A stretch of 64,000 bases of DNA from NCBI RefSeq assembly GCF_988243305.1, contig NZ_OZ547136.1; one strand, given 5' to 3'. Shown piece after piece: positions 13,249-29,012 of this stretch. Positions within the stretch are counted from its first letter, which is position 1. Each line of letters opens with the position of its first letter. Both the position numbers and the translations under genes were made by a program. The notes under the pieces are model-generated. The model did no database searches and was not told the origin of the DNA. It saw nothing but the letters and a program-made list of their open reading frames with translations.

Positions 13249-14621
13249 TGACCACGCGCCTGACTCGCTGGCTAACCACGCTGGATAACTTTGAAGCCAA
13301 AATGGCGCAGTTGCCTGCGGTACGTCGCTATGGGCGATTAACCCGCGCTACCGGGCTGGTGCTGGAAGCCACCGGATTACAATTGCCGCTCGGCGCAACC
13401 TGTGTCATTGAACGCCAGAACGGCAGCGAAACGCACGAAGTAGAAAGTGAAGTCGTTGGCTTTAACGGTCAACGGCTGTTTTTAATGCCGCTGGAGGAAG
13501 TGGAAGGTGTCCTGCCCGGCGCGCGTGTTTATGCCAAAAACATTTCGGCAGAAGGGCTGCAAAGCGGCAAGCAGTTACCGCTCGGTCCGGCGTTATTAGG
13601 TCGTGTTCTGGACGGCAGCGGTAAACCGCTCGATGGCCTCCCCTCCCCCGATACGACGGAAACCGGTGCGCTGATTACCCCGCCATTTAACCCGTTGCAA
13701 CGTACACCGATTGAACATGTGCTGGACACCGGCGTGCGCCCAATCAATGCCCTGCTTACCGTTGGGCGTGGGCAGCGTATGGGACTGTTTGCCGGGTCTG
13801 GCGTTGGTAAAAGTGTGCTGCTGGGGATGATGGCCCGTTACACCCGCGCCGATGTCATTGTCGTGGGTTTGATTGGTGAACGTGGGCGCGAAGTAAAAGA
13901 TTTTATTGAGAATATCCTCGGTGCCGAGGGACGTGCACGCTCCGTGGTGATTGCCGCTCCGGCGGATGTCTCTCCTCTCCTGCGAATGCAGGGTGCCGCC
14001 TATGCCACGCGCATTGCCGAAGATTTTCGCGATCGTGGTCAGCATGTGTTGCTGATTATGGACTCCCTCACCCGCTACGCGATGGCCCAGCGTGAAATTG
14101 CGCTGGCGATTGGCGAACCACCTGCCACTAAAGGTTATCCACCGTCGGTGTTTGCCAAATTACCGGCACTGGTCGAGCGTGCCGGAAATGGAATTAGCGG
14201 CGGCGGCTCGATTACCGCGTTTTATACCGTGCTCACCGAAGGCGATGACCAGCAGGACCCCATTGCCGACTCTGCGCGGGCAATCCTCGACGGTCACATT
14301 GTGCTGTCTCGCCGACTGGCGGAAGCCGGGCACTATCCGGCTATCGATATTGAAGCGTCGATCAGCCGCGCAATGACGGCGTTGATCAGTGAGCAACATT
14401 ACGCGCGAGTGCGCACCTTCAAACAGCTGTTGTCGAGTTTTCAGCGTAACCGCGATCTGGTTAGCGTCGGCGCGTATGCCAAAGGCAGCGATCCGATGCT
14501 CGACAAAGCCATCGCCCTGTGGCCGCAGCTGGAGGGCTATTTGCAACAAGGCATTTTTGAACGCGCGGACTGGGAAGCGTCTCTCCAGGGGCTGGAGCGT
14601 ATTTTCCCGACAGTGTCATAA
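13248..14621 (+). CDS. fliI: Flagellum-specific ATPase FliI
   Basis: 457 aa with Walker [12 protein letters not shown]. Confidence 0.95.
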
Positions 14622-14639
14622 CCCAGGAGATAACGGCAG

Positions 14640-15083
14640 ATGGCAGAACATGGCGCGCTGGCGACCCTGAAAGATCTGGCAGAAAAAGAGGTAGAGGATG
14701 CCGCGCGCCTGCTGGGTGAAATGCGTCGCGGGTGTCAGCAGGCGGAAGAACAGCTCAAAATGCTGATCGATTATCAGAATGAATATCGCAATAACCTCAA
14801 CAGCGATATGAGTGCCGGGATGACCAGCAACCGCTGGATCAACTATCAGCAGTTTATCCAGACGCTGGAAAAAGCCATTACTCAGCATCGCCAGCAACTT
14901 AATCAGTGGACGCAGAAAGTTGACATTGCCCTGAACAGCTGGCGAGAAAAGAAACAACGTTTGCAGGCCTGGCAGACACTGCAGGAACGGCAATCCACGG
15001 CGGCACTGCTTGCAGAAAACCGCCTCGATCAGAAAAAGATGGATGAGTTCGCCCAGCGCGCCGCCATGAGGAAACCTGAATGA
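14640..15083 (+). CDS. fliJ: Flagellar export protein FliJ
   Basis: 147 aa coiled-coil protein [25 protein letters not shown]... Confidence 0.9.
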   Translation: MAEHGALATLKDLAEKEVEDAARLLGEMRRGCQQAEEQLKMLIDYQNEYRNNLNSDMSAGMTSNRWINYQQFIQTLEKAITQHRQQLNQWTQKVDIALNSWREKKQRLQAWQTLQERQSTAALLAENRLDQKKMDEFAQRAAMRKPE

Positions 15084-16207
15084 TTCGCTTAGCGCCCTTA
15101 ATTACCGCCGACGTTGACACCACCACATTGCCTGGCGGCAAAGCCAGCGATGCTGCACAAGATTTTCTCGCGTTGTTGAGCGAAGCATTAGCAGGCGAGA
15201 CAACTACCGACAAAGCGGCCCCCCAGTTGCTGGTGGCAACAGATAAGCCCACGACAAAAGGCGAGCCGCTGGTCAGCGAGATTCTTGCCGATGCGCAACA
15301 AGCGGATTTACTGATCCCTGTGGATGAAACACCGCCTGTCATCAACGACGAACAATCCACATCAACACCATTAACCACCGCTCAAACGATGACGTTGGCT
15401 GCGGTGGCTGGCAACAATACGGCAAAAGACGAAAAAGCGGATGATCTGAATGAAGACGTCACCGCAAGCCTGAGCGCCCTTTTTGCGATGTTGCCGGGTT
15501 TTGACAATACGCCCAAAGTGACTGATGTGCCGTCAACCGTGTTACCGGCAGAGAAACCAACGCTCTTCACAAAACTGACTTCTGCGCAACTCACAACAGC
15601 ACAGCCTGATGATGCCCCCGGCACGCCAGCTCAGCCATTAACACCGCTGGTAGCAGAAGCCCAGAGTAAAGCGGAAGTCATCAGCACACCTTCACCGGTG
15701 ACCGCTGCCGCCAGCCCGCTAATTACTCCACACCAGACACAGCCACTGCCCACCGTCGCCGCGCCTGTTTTGAGTGCACCGCTGGGTTCTCACGAATGGC
15801 AACAATCATTAAGCCAGCATATTTCGCTGTTCACCCGCCAGGGGCAACAAAGTGCAGAGTTGCGTCTGCACCCGCAGGATTTAGGTGAAGTGCAAATCTG
15901 CCTCAAAGTGGATGATAACCAGGCGCAAATCCAGATGGTTTCACCGCATCAGCATGTACGCGCCGCCCTGGAAGCAGCGCTGCCGGTACTGCGTACGCAG
16001 CTGGCCGAAAGTGGCATTCAGTTAGGGCAAAGCAACATCAGTGGCGAAAGCTTTAGTGGTCAGCAGCAGGCCGCTTCCCAACAACAGCAAAGCCAACGCA
16101 CAGTAAACCATGAACCTCTGGCGGGGGAAGAAGACGATACGCTTCCGGTTCCCGTCTCTTTACAAGGGCGCGTAACAGGCAACAGCGGCGTTGATATTTT
16201 CGCCTAA
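15080..16207 (+). CDS. fliK: Flagellar hook-length control protein FliK
   Basis: 375 aa, Pro/Ala/Thr-rich central region, conserved C-terminal domain. Confidence 0.9.
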   Translation: MIRLAPLITADVDTTTLPGGKASDAAQDFLALLSEALAGETTTDKAAPQLLVATDKPTTKGEPLVSEILADAQQADLLIPVDETPPVINDEQSTSTPLTTAQTMTLAAVAGNNTAKDEKADDLNEDVTASLSALFAMLPGFDNTPKVTDVPSTVLPAEKPTLFTKLTSAQLTTAQPDDAPGTPAQPLTPLVAEAQSKAEVISTPSPVTAAASPLITPHQTQPLPTVAAPVLSAPLGSHEWQQSLSQHISLFTRQGQQSAELRLHPQDLGEVQICLKVDDNQAQIQMVSPHQHVRAALEAALPVLRTQLAESGIQLGQSNISGESFSGQQQAASQQQQSQRTVNHEPLAGEEDDTLPVPVSLQGRVTGNSGVDIFA

Positions 16208-16311
16208 CGTCAGAGGTAGCACCGTAATCCGCGTCTTTTCCCCGCTTTGTTGCGCTCAAGACGCAGGATAATTAGCCGATAAGCAGTAGCGACACAGGAA
16301 GACCGCAACAC

Positions 16312-16776
16312 ATGACTGATTACGCGATAAGCAAGAAAAGCAAGCGATCGCTTTGGATCCCAATTCTGGTATTCATTACCCTCGCGGCCTGTGCCAGCGC
16401 AGGTTACAGCTACTGGCATTCGCATCAGGTTGCCGCTGAAGACAAAGCGCAGCAACGCGTCGTGCCCTCACCGGTCTTCTATGCGCTGGATACCTTCACG
16501 GTCAATTTGGGCGATGCGGATCGCGTGCTGTATATCGGCATAACCCTGCGCCTGAAAGATGAAGCTACCCGCTCGCGGCTGAGTGAGTATTTGCCGGAAG
16601 TCCGTAGCCGTTTGCTGTTACTGTTTTCGCGTCAGGATGCTGCCGTACTGGCGACAGAAGAAGGCAAGAAAAACCTGATTGCCGAGATTAAAACCACGCT
16701 TTCCACCCCGCTTGTTGCAGGGCAACCGAAACAGGATGTCACCGACGTGCTGTATACCGCCTTTATTCTGCGATAA
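16312..16776 (+). CDS. fliL: Flagellar basal body-associated protein FliL
   Basis: 154 aa with one N-terminal TM segment; first gene of fliLMNOPQR. Confidence 0.9.
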   Translation: MTDYAISKKSKRSLWIPILVFITLAACASAGYSYWHSHQVAAEDKAQQRVVPSPVFYALDTFTVNLGDADRVLYIGITLRLKDEATRSRLSEYLPEVRSRLLLLFSRQDAAVLATEEGKKNLIAEIKTTLSTPLVAGQPKQDVTDVLYTAFILR

Positions 16777-16780
16777 CGAC

Positions 16781-17785
16781 ATGGGCGATAGTATTCTTTC
16801 TCAAGCTGAAATTGATGCGCTGTTGAATGGTGACAGCGAAGTCAAAGACGAACCGACAGCCAGTGTTAGCGGCGAAAGTGACATTCGTCCGTACGATCCG
16901 AATACCCAACGACGGGTTGTGCGCGAACGTTTGCAGGCGCTGGAAATCATTAATGAGCGCTTTGCTCGCCATTTTCGTATGGGGCTGTTCAACCTGCTGC
17001 GCCGTAGCCCGGATATTACCGTCGGGGCCATCCGCATTCAGCCGTACCATGAATTTGCCCGCAACCTGCCGGTGCCGACCAACCTGAACCTTATCCATCT
17101 GAAACCGCTGCGCGGCACAGGGCTGGTGGTGTTCTCGCCGAGTCTGGTGTTTATCGCCGTGGATAACCTGTTTGGCGGCGATGGACGCTTCCCGACCAAA
17201 GTGGAAGGTCGCGAGTTTACCCATACCGAACAGCGCGTCATCAACCGCATGTTGAAACTGGCGTTAGAAGGCTATAGCGACGCATGGAAGGCGATTAATC
17301 CGCTGGAAGTTGAGTACGTGCGTTCGGAAATGCAGGTGAAATTTACCAATATCACCACCTCGCCGAACGACATTGTGGTTAACACGCCGTTCCATGTGGA
17401 GATTGGCAACCTGACCGGCGAATTTAATATCTGCCTGCCATTCAGCATGATCGAGCCGCTACGGGAATTGTTGGTTAACCCGCCGCTGGAAAACTCGCGT
17501 AATGAAGATCAGAACTGGCGCGATAACCTGGTGCGCCAGGTGCAGCATTCACAGCTGGAGCTGGTCGCCAACTTTGCCGATATCTCGCTACGCCTGTCGC
17601 AGATTTTAAAACTGAAACCCGGTGACGTCCTGCCGATAGAAAAACCCGACCGCATCATCGCCCATGTTGACGGCGTCCCGGTGCTGACCAGTCAGTACGG
17701 CACTCTCAACGGTCAGTATGCGTTACGGATAGAACATTTGATTAACCCGATTTTAAATTCTCTGAACGAGGAACAGCCCAAATGA
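16781..17785 (+). CDS. fliM: Flagellar motor switch protein FliM
   Basis: MGDSILSQAEIDALLNGD... (CheY-P binding N-terminus) from the internal ATG at 16781; the track ORF from 16679 overlaps the fliL 3' end. Confidence 0.93.
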   Translation: MGDSILSQAEIDALLNGDSEVKDEPTASVSGESDIRPYDPNTQRRVVRERLQALEIINERFARHFRMGLFNLLRRSPDITVGAIRIQPYHEFARNLPVPTNLNLIHLKPLRGTGLVVFSPSLVFIAVDNLFGGDGRFPTKVEGREFTHTEQRVINRMLKLALEGYSDAWKAINPLEVEYVRSEMQVKFTNITTSPNDIVVNTPFHVEIGNLTGEFNICLPFSMIEPLRELLVNPPLENSRNEDQNWRDNLVRQVQHSQLELVANFADISLRLSQILKLKPGDVLPIEKPDRIIAHVDGVPVLTSQYGTLNGQYALRIEHLINPILNSLNEEQPK

Positions 17786-18195
17786 GTGACATGAATAATC
17801 CGGCCGATGACAACAACGGCGCAATGGACGATCTGTGGGCTGAAGCGTTGAGCGAACAAAAATCAAGCAGCAGCAAAAGCGCTGCCGACGCGGTGTTCCA
17901 GCAATTTGGCGGTGGTGATGTCAGCGGAACGTTGCAGGATATCGACCTGATTATGGATATTCCGGTCAAGCTGACCGTCGAGCTGGGCCGTACGCGGATG
18001 ACCATCAAAGAGCTGTTGCGTCTGACCCAAGGGTCAGTCGTGGCGCTGGACGGTCTGGCGGGCGAACCGCTGGATATTCTGATCAACGGTTATTTAATCG
18101 CCCAGGGCGAAGTGGTGGTCGTTGCCGATAAATATGGCGTGCGGATCACCGATATCATTACTCCGTCTGAGCGAATGCGTCGCCTGAGCCGTTAG
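17782..18195 (+). CDS. fliN: Flagellar motor switch protein FliN
   Basis: 137 aa MSDMNNPADDNNGAMDDLWAEAL... Confidence 0.93.
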   Translation: MSDMNNPADDNNGAMDDLWAEALSEQKSSSSKSAADAVFQQFGGGDVSGTLQDIDLIMDIPVKLTVELGRTRMTIKELLRLTQGSVVALDGLAGEPLDILINGYLIAQGEVVVVADKYGVRITDIITPSERMRRLSR

Positions 18196-18197
18196 TG

Positions 18198-18563
18198 ATG
18201 AATAACCACGCTACTGTGCAATCTTCCGCGCCGGTTTCTGCTGCGCCACTGCTGCAGGTGAGCGGCGCACTCATCGCCATTATTGCCCTGATCCTCGCTG
18301 CTGCCTGGCTGGTAAAACGGCTGGGATTTGTCCCTAAACGCACTGGCGTTAACGGTCTGATAATTAGCGCCAGTGCTTCACTGGGCGCGCGTGAAAGGGT
18401 TGTGGTGGTCGATGTGGAAGATGCACGGCTGGTGCTCGGCGTTACCGCAGGTCAAATCAATCTGCTGCATAAACTTCCCCCTTCTGCACCAACGGAAGAG
18501 ATACCGCAGACCGATTTTCAGTCGGTCATGAAAAATTTGCTTAAGCGTAGCGGGAGATCCTGA
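18198..18563 (+). CDS. fliO: Flagellar biosynthesis protein FliO
   Basis: [38 protein letters not shown]...; ATG at 18198, or GTG at 18195 overlapping the fliN stop. Confidence 0.85.
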   Translation: MNNHATVQSSAPVSAAPLLQVSGALIAIIALILAAAWLVKRLGFVPKRTGVNGLIISASASLGARERVVVVDVEDARLVLGVTAGQINLLHKLPPSAPTEEIPQTDFQSVMKNLLKRSGRS

Positions 18564-19300
18564 TGCGTCGTTTATTGTCTGTCGCACCTGTCCTTCTCTG
18601 GCTGGTTACGCCCCTCGCCTTCGCGCAACTGCCGGGTATCACCAGCCAGCCGCTGCCTGGCGGTGGACAAAGCTGGTCGCTCCCGGTGCAGACGCTGGTG
18701 TTCATCACCTCGTTGACGTTCATTCCAGCGATTTTACTGATGATGACCAGTTTCACCCGCATCATTATTGTTTTTGGTTTATTGCGTAACGCGCTGGGAA
18801 CACCCTCCGCGCCACCTAACCAGGTATTGCTGGGGCTGGCGCTGTTTTTGACCTTTTTTATTATGTCGCCGGTGATCGATAAAATTTATGTCAATGCGTA
18901 CCAGCCATTCAGCGAAGAGAAAATATCAATGCAGGAGGCGCTGGAAAAAGGGGCGCAGCCGCTGCGTGAGTTTATGCTGCGTCAGACCCGTGAGGCGGAT
19001 TTAGGGTTGTTTGCCAGACTGGCGAATACTGGCCCGTTGCAGGGACCTGAAGCCGTGCCGATGCGCATTTTGCTCCCGGCCTACGTGACCAGCGAGTTGA
19101 AAACCGCATTTCAGATAGGCTTCACGATTTTCATCCCTTTTTTGATTATCGACCTGGTGATTGCCAGCGTGTTGATGGCATTGGGGATGATGATGGTCCC
19201 CCCCGCCACCATTGCTCTGCCCTTTAAACTGATGCTGTTTGTACTGGTGGATGGCTGGCAATTGCTGGTCGGTTCGCTGGCGCAGAGCTTTTACAGCTAG
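18563..19300 (+). CDS. fliP: Flagellar export apparatus protein FliP
   Basis: 245 aa polytopic membrane protein with signal peptide. Confidence 0.93.
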   Translation: MRRLLSVAPVLLWLVTPLAFAQLPGITSQPLPGGGQSWSLPVQTLVFITSLTFIPAILLMMTSFTRIIIVFGLLRNALGTPSAPPNQVLLGLALFLTFFIMSPVIDKIYVNAYQPFSEEKISMQEALEKGAQPLREFMLRQTREADLGLFARLANTGPLQGPEAVPMRILLPAYVTSELKTAFQIGFTIFIPFLIIDLVIASVLMALGMMMVPPATIALPFKLMLFVLVDGWQLLVGSLAQSFYS

Positions 19301-19309
19301 AGAGGCAAA

Positions 19310-19579
19310 ATGACACCTGAATCGGTCATGATGATGGGGACTGAAGCGATGAAAGTCGCGCTGGCACTGGCTGCCCCGCTGTTGCTGGTGGCGCTGGTCA
19401 CGGGCCTTATCATCAGTATTTTGCAGGCCGCCACGCAGATCAACGAAATGACGCTGTCGTTTATTCCAAAAATCATCGCCGTATTTATTGCCATTATTAT
19501 TGCCGGACCGTGGATGCTCAATCTGTTGCTGGATTACGTCCGCACCTTGTTCACTAACCTGCCGTATATCATCGGGTAG
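19310..19579 (+). CDS. fliQ: Flagellar export apparatus protein FliQ
   Basis: 89 aa hydrophobic protein. Confidence 0.93.
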   Translation: MTPESVMMMGTEAMKVALALAAPLLLVALVTGLIISILQAATQINEMTLSFIPKIIAVFIAIIIAGPWMLNLLLDYVRTLFTNLPYIIG

Positions 19580-19587
19580 CCCGTACA

Positions 19588-20373
19588 ATGATGCAGGTGA
19601 CAAGCGATCAATGGCTTTCCTGGCTAAGTCTGTACTTCTGGCCGTTACTGCGCGTGCTGGCGCTCATTTCTACCGCGCCAATTCTGAGCGAACGCAGCGT
19701 GCCGAAACGGGTAAAACTGGGTCTGGCAATGATGATCACGTTCGCTATTGCCCCATCATTACCTACCAACGATGTTCCTGTTTTTTCGTTCTTTGCTCTG
19801 TGGCTGGCCGTGCAGCAGATCCTGATCGGCATTGCGCTTGGTTTTACCATGCAATTTGCCTTTGCCGCTGTGCGAACCGCTGGCGAAATTATCGGTCTGC
19901 AAATGGGGCTGTCATTTGCGACGTTTGTCGATCCGGCCAGCCATCTCAATATGCCTGTTTTAGCGCGTATCATGGATATGCTGGCGTTACTACTGTTCCT
20001 GACATTTAACGGTCATTTATGGTTGATTTCACTGCTGGTCGATACCTTTCACACCCTGCCAATTGGTGGCGAACCGTTGAACAGCAATGCGTTTCTGGCA
20101 CTCACCAAAGCAGGGAGTTTGATTTTCCTTAACGGGCTGATGCTGGCGTTACCGCTCATTACTCTGCTGCTGACACTGAATCTGGCATTAGGTTTACTTA
20201 ATCGTATGGCCCCGCAATTATCCATTTTTGTTATTGGATTTCCATTAACTCTGACTGTCGGTATCTCTTTAATGGCGGCATTAATGCCGTTAATTGCGCC
20301 TTTTTGCGAACATTTATTCAGTGAGATGTTTAATTTGCTGGCTGATATTATTAGTGAATTGCCATTAATATAA
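19588..20373 (+). CDS. fliR: Flagellar export apparatus protein FliR
   Basis: 261 aa polytopic membrane protein, last gene of the operon. Confidence 0.93.
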   Translation: MMQVTSDQWLSWLSLYFWPLLRVLALISTAPILSERSVPKRVKLGLAMMITFAIAPSLPTNDVPVFSFFALWLAVQQILIGIALGFTMQFAFAAVRTAGEIIGLQMGLSFATFVDPASHLNMPVLARIMDMLALLLFLTFNGHLWLISLLVDTFHTLPIGGEPLNSNAFLALTKAGSLIFLNGLMLALPLITLLLTLNLALGLLNRMAPQLSIFVIGFPLTLTVGISLMAALMPLIAPFCEHLFSEMFNLLADIISELPLI

Positions 20374-20398
20374 TTCCGTAACGTTTATCATGTTATCC

Positions 20399-20412
20399 TA
20401 AGGATTATCCGA
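20399..20412 (+). promoter_or_regulatory. Candidate RcsAB box upstream of rcsA (autoregulation)
   Basis: TAAGGATTATCCGA resembles the RcsAB box consensus, in the AT-rich rcsA upstream region. Confidence 0.45.
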
Positions 20413-20662
20413 AAAATAATACCTACGAACATCTTCCAGGATACTCCTGCGGCGAAATATTTGTTTTAAGCTCACTCACATATCGCAACATTTACTTTAC
20501 TTTAAGACAATTCCAGGCAAATTATACAACACTTTACGGGATAGTAAGTCCGCCTGAAAAATCGCGAGAGTGGCGCATTAGGTGACCCATGTTGTTCCGT
20601 TTAGTCATGATGAAATATTCAGGTAAGGGGAATTATCGTTACGCATTGAGTGAGGGTATGCC

Positions 20663-21286
20663 ATGTCAACGATTATTATGGATTTATGTAGTTACACCCG
20701 ACTAGGTTTAACCGGGTATCTGTTGAGTAGAGGGGTTAAAAAAAGAGAAATCAACGACATTGAAACCGTTGATGACCTTGCCATAGCTTGTGATTCACAG
20801 CGCCCTTCAGTGGTGTTTATTAATGAGGACTGTTTCATCCATGATGCTTCTAACAGTCAGCACATCAAGCACATCATTAATCAACATCCCAATACGTTAT
20901 TTATCGTTTTTATGGCAATTGCCAATGTTCATTTTGATGAATATCTATTGGTCAGAAAAAATTTATTGATCAGTTCTAAATCGATTAAACCGGAATCTCT
21001 CGACGATATCCTTGGCGATATTCTGAAAAAAGAGACAACGATAACCTCGTTTTTAAATATGCCGACGTTATCATTGAGCCGAACCGAATCGAGTATGTTG
21101 CGAATGTGGATGGCAGGTCAGGGAACCATTCAAATCTCTGACCAAATGAATATCAAAGCCAAGACCGTTTCATCGCATAAAGGTAATATTAAACGTAAGA
21201 TCAAAACGCATAATAAACAGGTTATCTACCATGTCGTCCGACTGACGGATAATGTGACTAATGGTATTTTTGTCAACATGCGCTAA
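20663..21286 (+). CDS. rcsA: Capsule synthesis regulator RcsA (LuxR-type)
   Basis: 207 aa [58 protein letters not shown]... Confidence 0.92.
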
Positions 21287-21329
21287 CACATTCTGACTGG
21301 TGGTTTCCCACCAGTCAGGCTGAATAAGA

Positions 21330-21608
<279 letters not shown>

Positions 21609-21680
21609 CTATACTTAAGAGATGCCAGGCGGACTTAACGACTGGCGGCAACAACAGAGTAACGGTTGCGAGGAAAGATG

Positions 21681-21908
21681 ATGAAAACCGCAAAAGAGTA
21701 CAGCGATACCGCAAAACGTGAGGTCAGCGTCGATGTCGATGCCCTGCTGGCGGCGATCAATGAAATTAGCGAAAGCGAAGTTCATCGCAGCCAGAACGAT
21801 TCTGAACACGTTAGCGTCGATGGACGTGAATATCATACATGGCGTGAATTGGCGGATGCCTTCGAACTGGATATTCATGACTTCAGCGTCTCTGAAGTGA
21901 ATCGTTGA
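21681..21908 (+). CDS. yodD: Stress-induced small protein YodD
   Basis: 75 aa from MKTAKEYSDTAKREVSVDVDALLAAINEISE... Confidence 0.8.
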   Translation: MKTAKEYSDTAKREVSVDVDALLAAINEISESEVHRSQNDSEHVSVDGREYHTWRELADAFELDIHDFSVSEVNR

Positions 21909-21917
21909 ATGCACAAT

Positions 21918-22008
21918 AAAAAAATCCCGACCCTGAGGGGGTCGGGATGAAACTTGCTTAAGCAAGAAGCACTTAAAAAATTCGTTACACCAGGAAATCT
22001 GATGTGTT
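21918..22008 (-). ncRNA. dsrA: Small regulatory RNA DsrA (Hfq-dependent regulator of rpoS and hns)
   Basis: Minus-strand sequence AACACATCAGATTTCCTGGTGTAACGAATTTTTTAAGTGCTTCTTGCTTAAGCAAGTTTCATCCCGACCCCCTCAGGGTCGGGATTTTTTT matches DsrA, including its terminator hairpin. Confidence 0.85.
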
Positions 22009-22187
22009 CATCACCTTATCCGCAATTTTTTTCGCTGACAAGAAAATATTCGCGATATGAATGATTAACGCTACTTATGAATAGAAATGTGACGTGCGTC
22101 ACCCCTTGGTGGCTCTGGCGTCAACGGGATCGCTCCCGAAAAAATCATCTTTGATTATTTGTGCTGTTTTGAGAATCATCCTGGTAA

Positions 22188-24712
<2,525 letters not shown>

Positions 24713-24882
24713 CCTGACGACTCCCAACCTGCTTTTTTATGATTCTGGCATAACCTGGCGATAGCGTACCGCAAAACAGCGATAATTTTATAATGGTGGC
24801 ATGATAAGACGCGACTATCATTCATTGCAGGCATTGGCACACCAGGCCGGAAGTGATCCGGCCTGGTGTTAATGATACCCTT

Positions 24883-25065
24883 TCAAACTTTTTCCGCAGA
24901 ACGACTCCCCTCCCCCGGAACAAGCTCGGTTTCATGAAAAGCTTCCCGCTTGACCCCGTAACCGTCATACCAACGACACTCAACCATACCGCTGGAGTAT
25001 CCAGTGACAATCATCCGCGGGCCGCCCTCTTTAACCGTAACTTCCTCACTAACCATAAAGCTCAT
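24883..25065 (-). CDS. yodC: Small protein YodC
   Basis: 60 aa MSFMVSEEVTVKEGGPRMIVTGYSSGMVECRWYDGYG... Confidence 0.75.
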   Translation of the reverse strand: MSFMVSEEVTVKEGGPRMIVTGYSSGMVECRWYDGYGVKREAFHETELVPGEGSRSAEKV

Positions 25066-25143
25066 ACTCGCCTCCTTTTTTCGAGTGAAACTTGTTCACC
25101 TTAGTTGAAGATGGCGAATTTTGCATAATAGCCTGTGCGAGTA

Positions 25144-26061
25144 TTAATGTGCCTGACCGCGCATTTTCGCTACGGCTTTCACTCCCAGCACCACGATGCC
25201 GCCGATGATAAATCCAAGAATCAGATTTAAAACAGTCGGTAATATCATCGCCACCACTGCACTTTGCTGCCCGGCGAAATGTTCAATGGCGTGATGCAGC
25301 GGCGCAATACCATGTACCACAATACCGCCGCCGACGAGGAACATCGCCAGCGTGCCGACAATCGATAACGCCTTCATCAACCAGGGCGCAATGATCAATA
25401 ACCCTTTACCTAATGCCTGCATCAGCGCGCTGGATTTTTCCGCCAGCCAATACCCCAGGTCATCAATCTTAACGATAACCCCTACCAGACCGTAGACGCC
25501 CACGGTCACTACCAGCGCGATGCCTGAAAGCACCAGCACCTGATTAAGCAACGGCGCTTCGGCCACAATCCCCAGCGTGATGGCGACGATTTCGGCAGAC
25601 AATATAAAATCGGTACGAATCGCCCCTTTTATTTTGTCCTTTTCAAACTTCAGCGGATCCTGCGCCGCCAGCTTCTCCAGACGCTGCTGGCTCTGCGCCG
25701 GATCTTCTTTATGTTTACGCGCCTCCAGCATATGCAGCACTTTCTCTACTCCTTCAAAGCAGAGAAACGCGCCACCAATCATCAACAGAGGCGTAATCGC
25801 CCACGGGATAAACGCACTGATGATCAGCGCCAGCGGCACCAGAATCACTTTATTAATCAGCGATCCTTTCGCCACGCCCCAGACCACGGGAAGTTCCCGG
25901 TTGGCCCGCACGCCTGAAACTTGTTGCGCATTGAGCGATAAGTCATCCCCTAATACACCGGCGGTTTTCTTCGCCGCCAGTTTGCCCATCACGGAGATAT
26001 CGTCCAGTAGTGTGGCGATATCATCGAGCAACGTCAGTAAACTACTCCCGGCCAAAAGCAT
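25144..26061 (-). CDS. yedI: DUF808 inner-membrane protein YedI
   Basis: 305 aa [47 protein letters not shown]... Confidence 0.85.
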   Translation of the reverse strand: MLLAGSSLLTLLDDIATLLDDISVMGKLAAKKTAGVLGDDLSLNAQQVSGVRANRELPVVWGVAKGSLINKVILVPLALIISAFIPWAITPLLMIGGAFLCFEGVEKVLHMLEARKHKEDPAQSQQRLEKLAAQDPLKFEKDKIKGAIRTDFILSAEIVAITLGIVAEAPLLNQVLVLSGIALVVTVGVYGLVGVIVKIDDLGYWLAEKSSALMQALGKGLLIIAPWLMKALSIVGTLAMFLVGGGIVVHGIAPLHHAIEHFAGQQSAVVAMILPTVLNLILGFIIGGIVVLGVKAVAKMRGQAH

Positions 26062-26233
26062 TCCCTCTCATTTTTATTGTTGAAGGGTGTAAGTATGAAG
26101 CAAAAACGGCAGCTCTGATACTTGCTTCACAGGTCAACATTTTTTTAACAATCAAGTGCAATTATATCTCTCGCCAGCAGAATGATTTTCACGTTTACTA
26201 TGAACCACCTTTTTATTTCCACCGTGAGGGATT

Positions 26234-27154
26234 ATGCGTTTCCGCCAGTTGTTACCGCTTTTTGGCGCGCTGTTTGCGTTGTATATCATTTGGGGCTCAA
26301 CCTATTTTGTCATTCGGATTGGCGTGGAAAGCTGGCCTCCGTTAATGATGGCAGGCGTTCGATTCCTGGCAGCCGGTATTTTATTGATGGCATTTTTGCT
26401 ACTGCGCGGACACAAGCTCCCCCCGCTACGTCCGCTGCTCAATGCCGCGCTGATTGGCCTGTTATTGCTGGCTGTCGGTAATGGCATGGTGACGGTTGCC
26501 GAGCATCAAAATGTTCCTTCCGGCATCGCCGCCGTTGTGGTTGCAACCGTGCCCCTCTTTACCCTGTGCTTCAGCCGCCTGTTTGGCATTAAAACGCGCA
26601 AACTGGAATGGGTGGGTATCGCCATTGGGCTTGCCGGAATCATCATGCTCAATAGCGGTGGAAATTTAAGCGGCAATCCGTGGGGCGCGATTCTGATTTT
26701 AATCGGCTCGATTAGCTGGGCGTTTGGCTCGGTTTATGGCTCGCGCATTACCTTACCTGTAGGGATGATGGCGGGTGCGATTGAGATGCTGGCGGCAGGC
26801 GTGGTGTTAATGATCGCGTCGATGATTGCAGGTGAAAAACTGACGGCGCTCCCTTCCCTTTCAGGCTTCCTTGCGGTCGGCTATCTGGCGCTGTTTGGTT
26901 CGATTATCGCCATCAACGCTTATATGTATTTAATCCGTAATGTCAGTCCGGCTCTCGCCACCAGCTACGCCTACGTTAACCCGGTGGTCGCGGTCTTGCT
27001 GGGTACGGGACTGGGCGGAGAGACGCTGTCGAAGATTGAATGGCTGGCGCTCGGCGTAATTGTCTTCGCGGTGGTACTGGTCACGTTGGGAAAATATCTC
27101 TTCCCGGCAAAACCCGTAGTTGCGCCAGTTATTCAGGACGCATCAAGCGAGTAA
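26234..27154 (+). CDS. yedA: EamA/DMT family transporter YedA
   Basis: 306 aa, ten predicted TM helices, divergent from yedI. Confidence 0.85.
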   Translation: MRFRQLLPLFGALFALYIIWGSTYFVIRIGVESWPPLMMAGVRFLAAGILLMAFLLLRGHKLPPLRPLLNAALIGLLLLAVGNGMVTVAEHQNVPSGIAAVVVATVPLFTLCFSRLFGIKTRKLEWVGIAIGLAGIIMLNSGGNLSGNPWGAILILIGSISWAFGSVYGSRITLPVGMMAGAIEMLAAGVVLMIASMIAGEKLTALPSLSGFLAVGYLALFGSIIAINAYMYLIRNVSPALATSYAYVNPVVAVLLGTGLGGETLSKIEWLALGVIVFAVVLVTLGKYLFPAKPVVAPVIQDASSE

Positions 27155-27613
27155 ATGAATCCCCTGCGTGTCGATCTGCGCGCTGGCACCTTCGCCGCAG
27201 ATCCACTCTTCCAGACGCTCGGTAAGCGCTTCATCCGTCAGCTTCTCGCGCCCACGTAATGCACACTCCCAGACAATCAGTACGCGCCAGCCGAGTTCCT
27301 GCAAACGACTGATATCGCGGCGATCGCGTTCAACATTTTTACCTATCTTCTCCAGCCAGAACTCGGTTCGAGTCGCAGGCACTTTAAACAGATAGCAGTG
27401 ATGATGATGCCAGAAGCAGCCATGGGTAAATATCACGCAGCGATATTCATCAACGACAAAATCCGGGCTTCCGGGCAGACTGGCGTCCTGAACGCGAAAC
27501 GCCAGGCCCTGCCCGGTTAACAGACTGGCGAGGCGCTTCTCAATCGCCGTATCACGCGTGGCAATCGCGCGCATATTTTTGCTGCGAGTGGCCTTATCGT
27601 GAACGTCGGCCAT
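27143..27613 (-). CDS. vsr: Very-short-patch repair endonuclease Vsr
   Basis: 156 aa from [28 protein letters not shown]...; 5' end overlaps the dcm 3' end in a different frame, as is characteristic of dcm-vsr. Confidence 0.92.
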   Translation of the reverse strand: MADVHDKATRSKNMRAIATRDTAIEKRLASLLTGQGLAFRVQDASLPGSPDFVVDEYRCVIFTHGCFWHHHHCYLFKVPATRTEFWLEKIGKNVERDRRDISRLQELGWRVLIVWECALRGREKLTDEALTERLEEWICGEGASAQIDTQGIHLLA

Positions 27614-29012
27614 GTTGTGCCTCTTGCTGACGCAACGCCACCGCCTGTTTGATTTTTGGCTCAAGCAGTTTTGCCACCGCGGCAAAGACCGGCACGACCA
27701 CCGAGTTACCGAACTGGCGATAGGCCTGAGTGTCCGAAACCGGAATGCGGAATTTCGCTTCTCCCGGCGCTTCAAAACCCATTAAGCGCGCGCATTCCCG
27801 AGGCGTTAACCGACGTGGACGATGTTGCTGATTCAGCGGATCGTCAAAGTCTTTCTCACCTTTGGCCATATCCCAGCCGCGATCGATTAAAATTTCCGCG
27901 CCATCTTTGTAATAACGCGCAGACAGCGTACGCGTGACGCTTTGCGGATTGTTCGGATAAACCATTCCATAACCGAAGCCGTTACCGCGCGCCTGATGTT
28001 TTTTCGCATATCGATAGAGGTACTTCCACAGCACCGGCGTCAGGATATATTTCGCCTCGACCATCGGGTCCAACAGCTGCGCCAGCGTCACTCGCTGTGC
28101 AGGGAAACATTCGCTGATATCACGCAGAGTAAAATCGGCTTTCAGATTAAGATCGCGACGAAAACCCACCAGCACGATGCGTTCACGGTGCTGCGGCAGA
28201 AAATGTTTACCATCGATGATTTTCGGATCGTCCGGCCCGTTATCTTCTGCATCAGCCACGTCATAGCCCAGTTCGTCCAGCGTCTGCATGATGATGCGGA
28301 ACGTTTTACCCTGGTCGTGACTTTTCAGGTTTTTGACGTTTTCGAGCACAAACATCGCCGGACGACGCGCGTCGATAATGCGTACCACATCAAAAAACAG
28401 CGTGCCCTGGGTATCGCAGGCAAAACCGTGCGCCCGCCCGAGCGAGTTCTTTTTCGATACGCCAGCCAGCGAAAATGGCTGACAAGGGAAACCGGCCAGT
28501 AAAACATCGTGTTCAGGAATGTGTTGACGAATATGTTCCGCCGCCGCCTCATCACTCACGCCTTCTTTATGGCTGAGGGTGATATCGCGGATATCTTCAT
28601 TAAAATGATGCGTCGCCGGATCGCAATAATGGTTGGCTTTATAAGTGCGTACCGCATGTTTGTTCCATTCGCTGGTAAACACGCATTGTCCGCCAATCGA
28701 TTCAAAACCGCGACGGATGCCGCCAATTCCGGCAAATAGATCGATAAAGCGAAACGCATAATGCGGATGATGTGCCGGTGGTTTGGGTAACAACGTTTGC
28801 AGATGGGCGAACTCTTTCTCACTTAAACGGTGCCATGCCGAGTCATTCGCCAGCGCACGTTTTAAAATTGCCGCGCTCCAGTGATTCTCACCCACACCAT
28901 TAAGCTGCGCCACCAGCGTTTTAACATCATAAATTTGCAGCAGTTTCTCCAGCATTGCCTGTGCGGCATTCCCGGTGCTGTATGAATCGGTTACTGATAT
29001 ATTTTCCTGCAT
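27594..29012 (-). CDS. dcm: DNA-cytosine C5 methyltransferase Dcm
   Basis: 472 aa with C5-MTase motifs FAGIGG and PCQPFS. Confidence 0.93.
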   Translation of the reverse strand: MQENISVTDSYSTGNAAQAMLEKLLQIYDVKTLVAQLNGVGENHWSAAILKRALANDSAWHRLSEKEFAHLQTLLPKPPAHHPHYAFRFIDLFAGIGGIRRGFESIGGQCVFTSEWNKHAVRTYKANHYCDPATHHFNEDIRDITLSHKEGVSDEAAAEHIRQHIPEHDVLLAGFPCQPFSLAGVSKKNSLGRAHGFACDTQGTLFFDVVRIIDARRPAMFVLENVKNLKSHDQGKTFRIIMQTLDELGYDVADAEDNGPDDPKIIDGKHFLPQHRERIVLVGFRRDLNLKADFTLRDISECFPAQRVTLAQLLDPMVEAKYILTPVLWKYLYRYAKKHQARGNGFGYGMVYPNNPQSVTRTLSARYYKDGAEILIDRGWDMAKGEKDFDDPLNQQHRPRRLTPRECARLMGFEAPGEAKFRIPVSDTQAYRQFGNSVVVPVFAAVAKLLEPKIKQAVALRQQEAQHGRRSR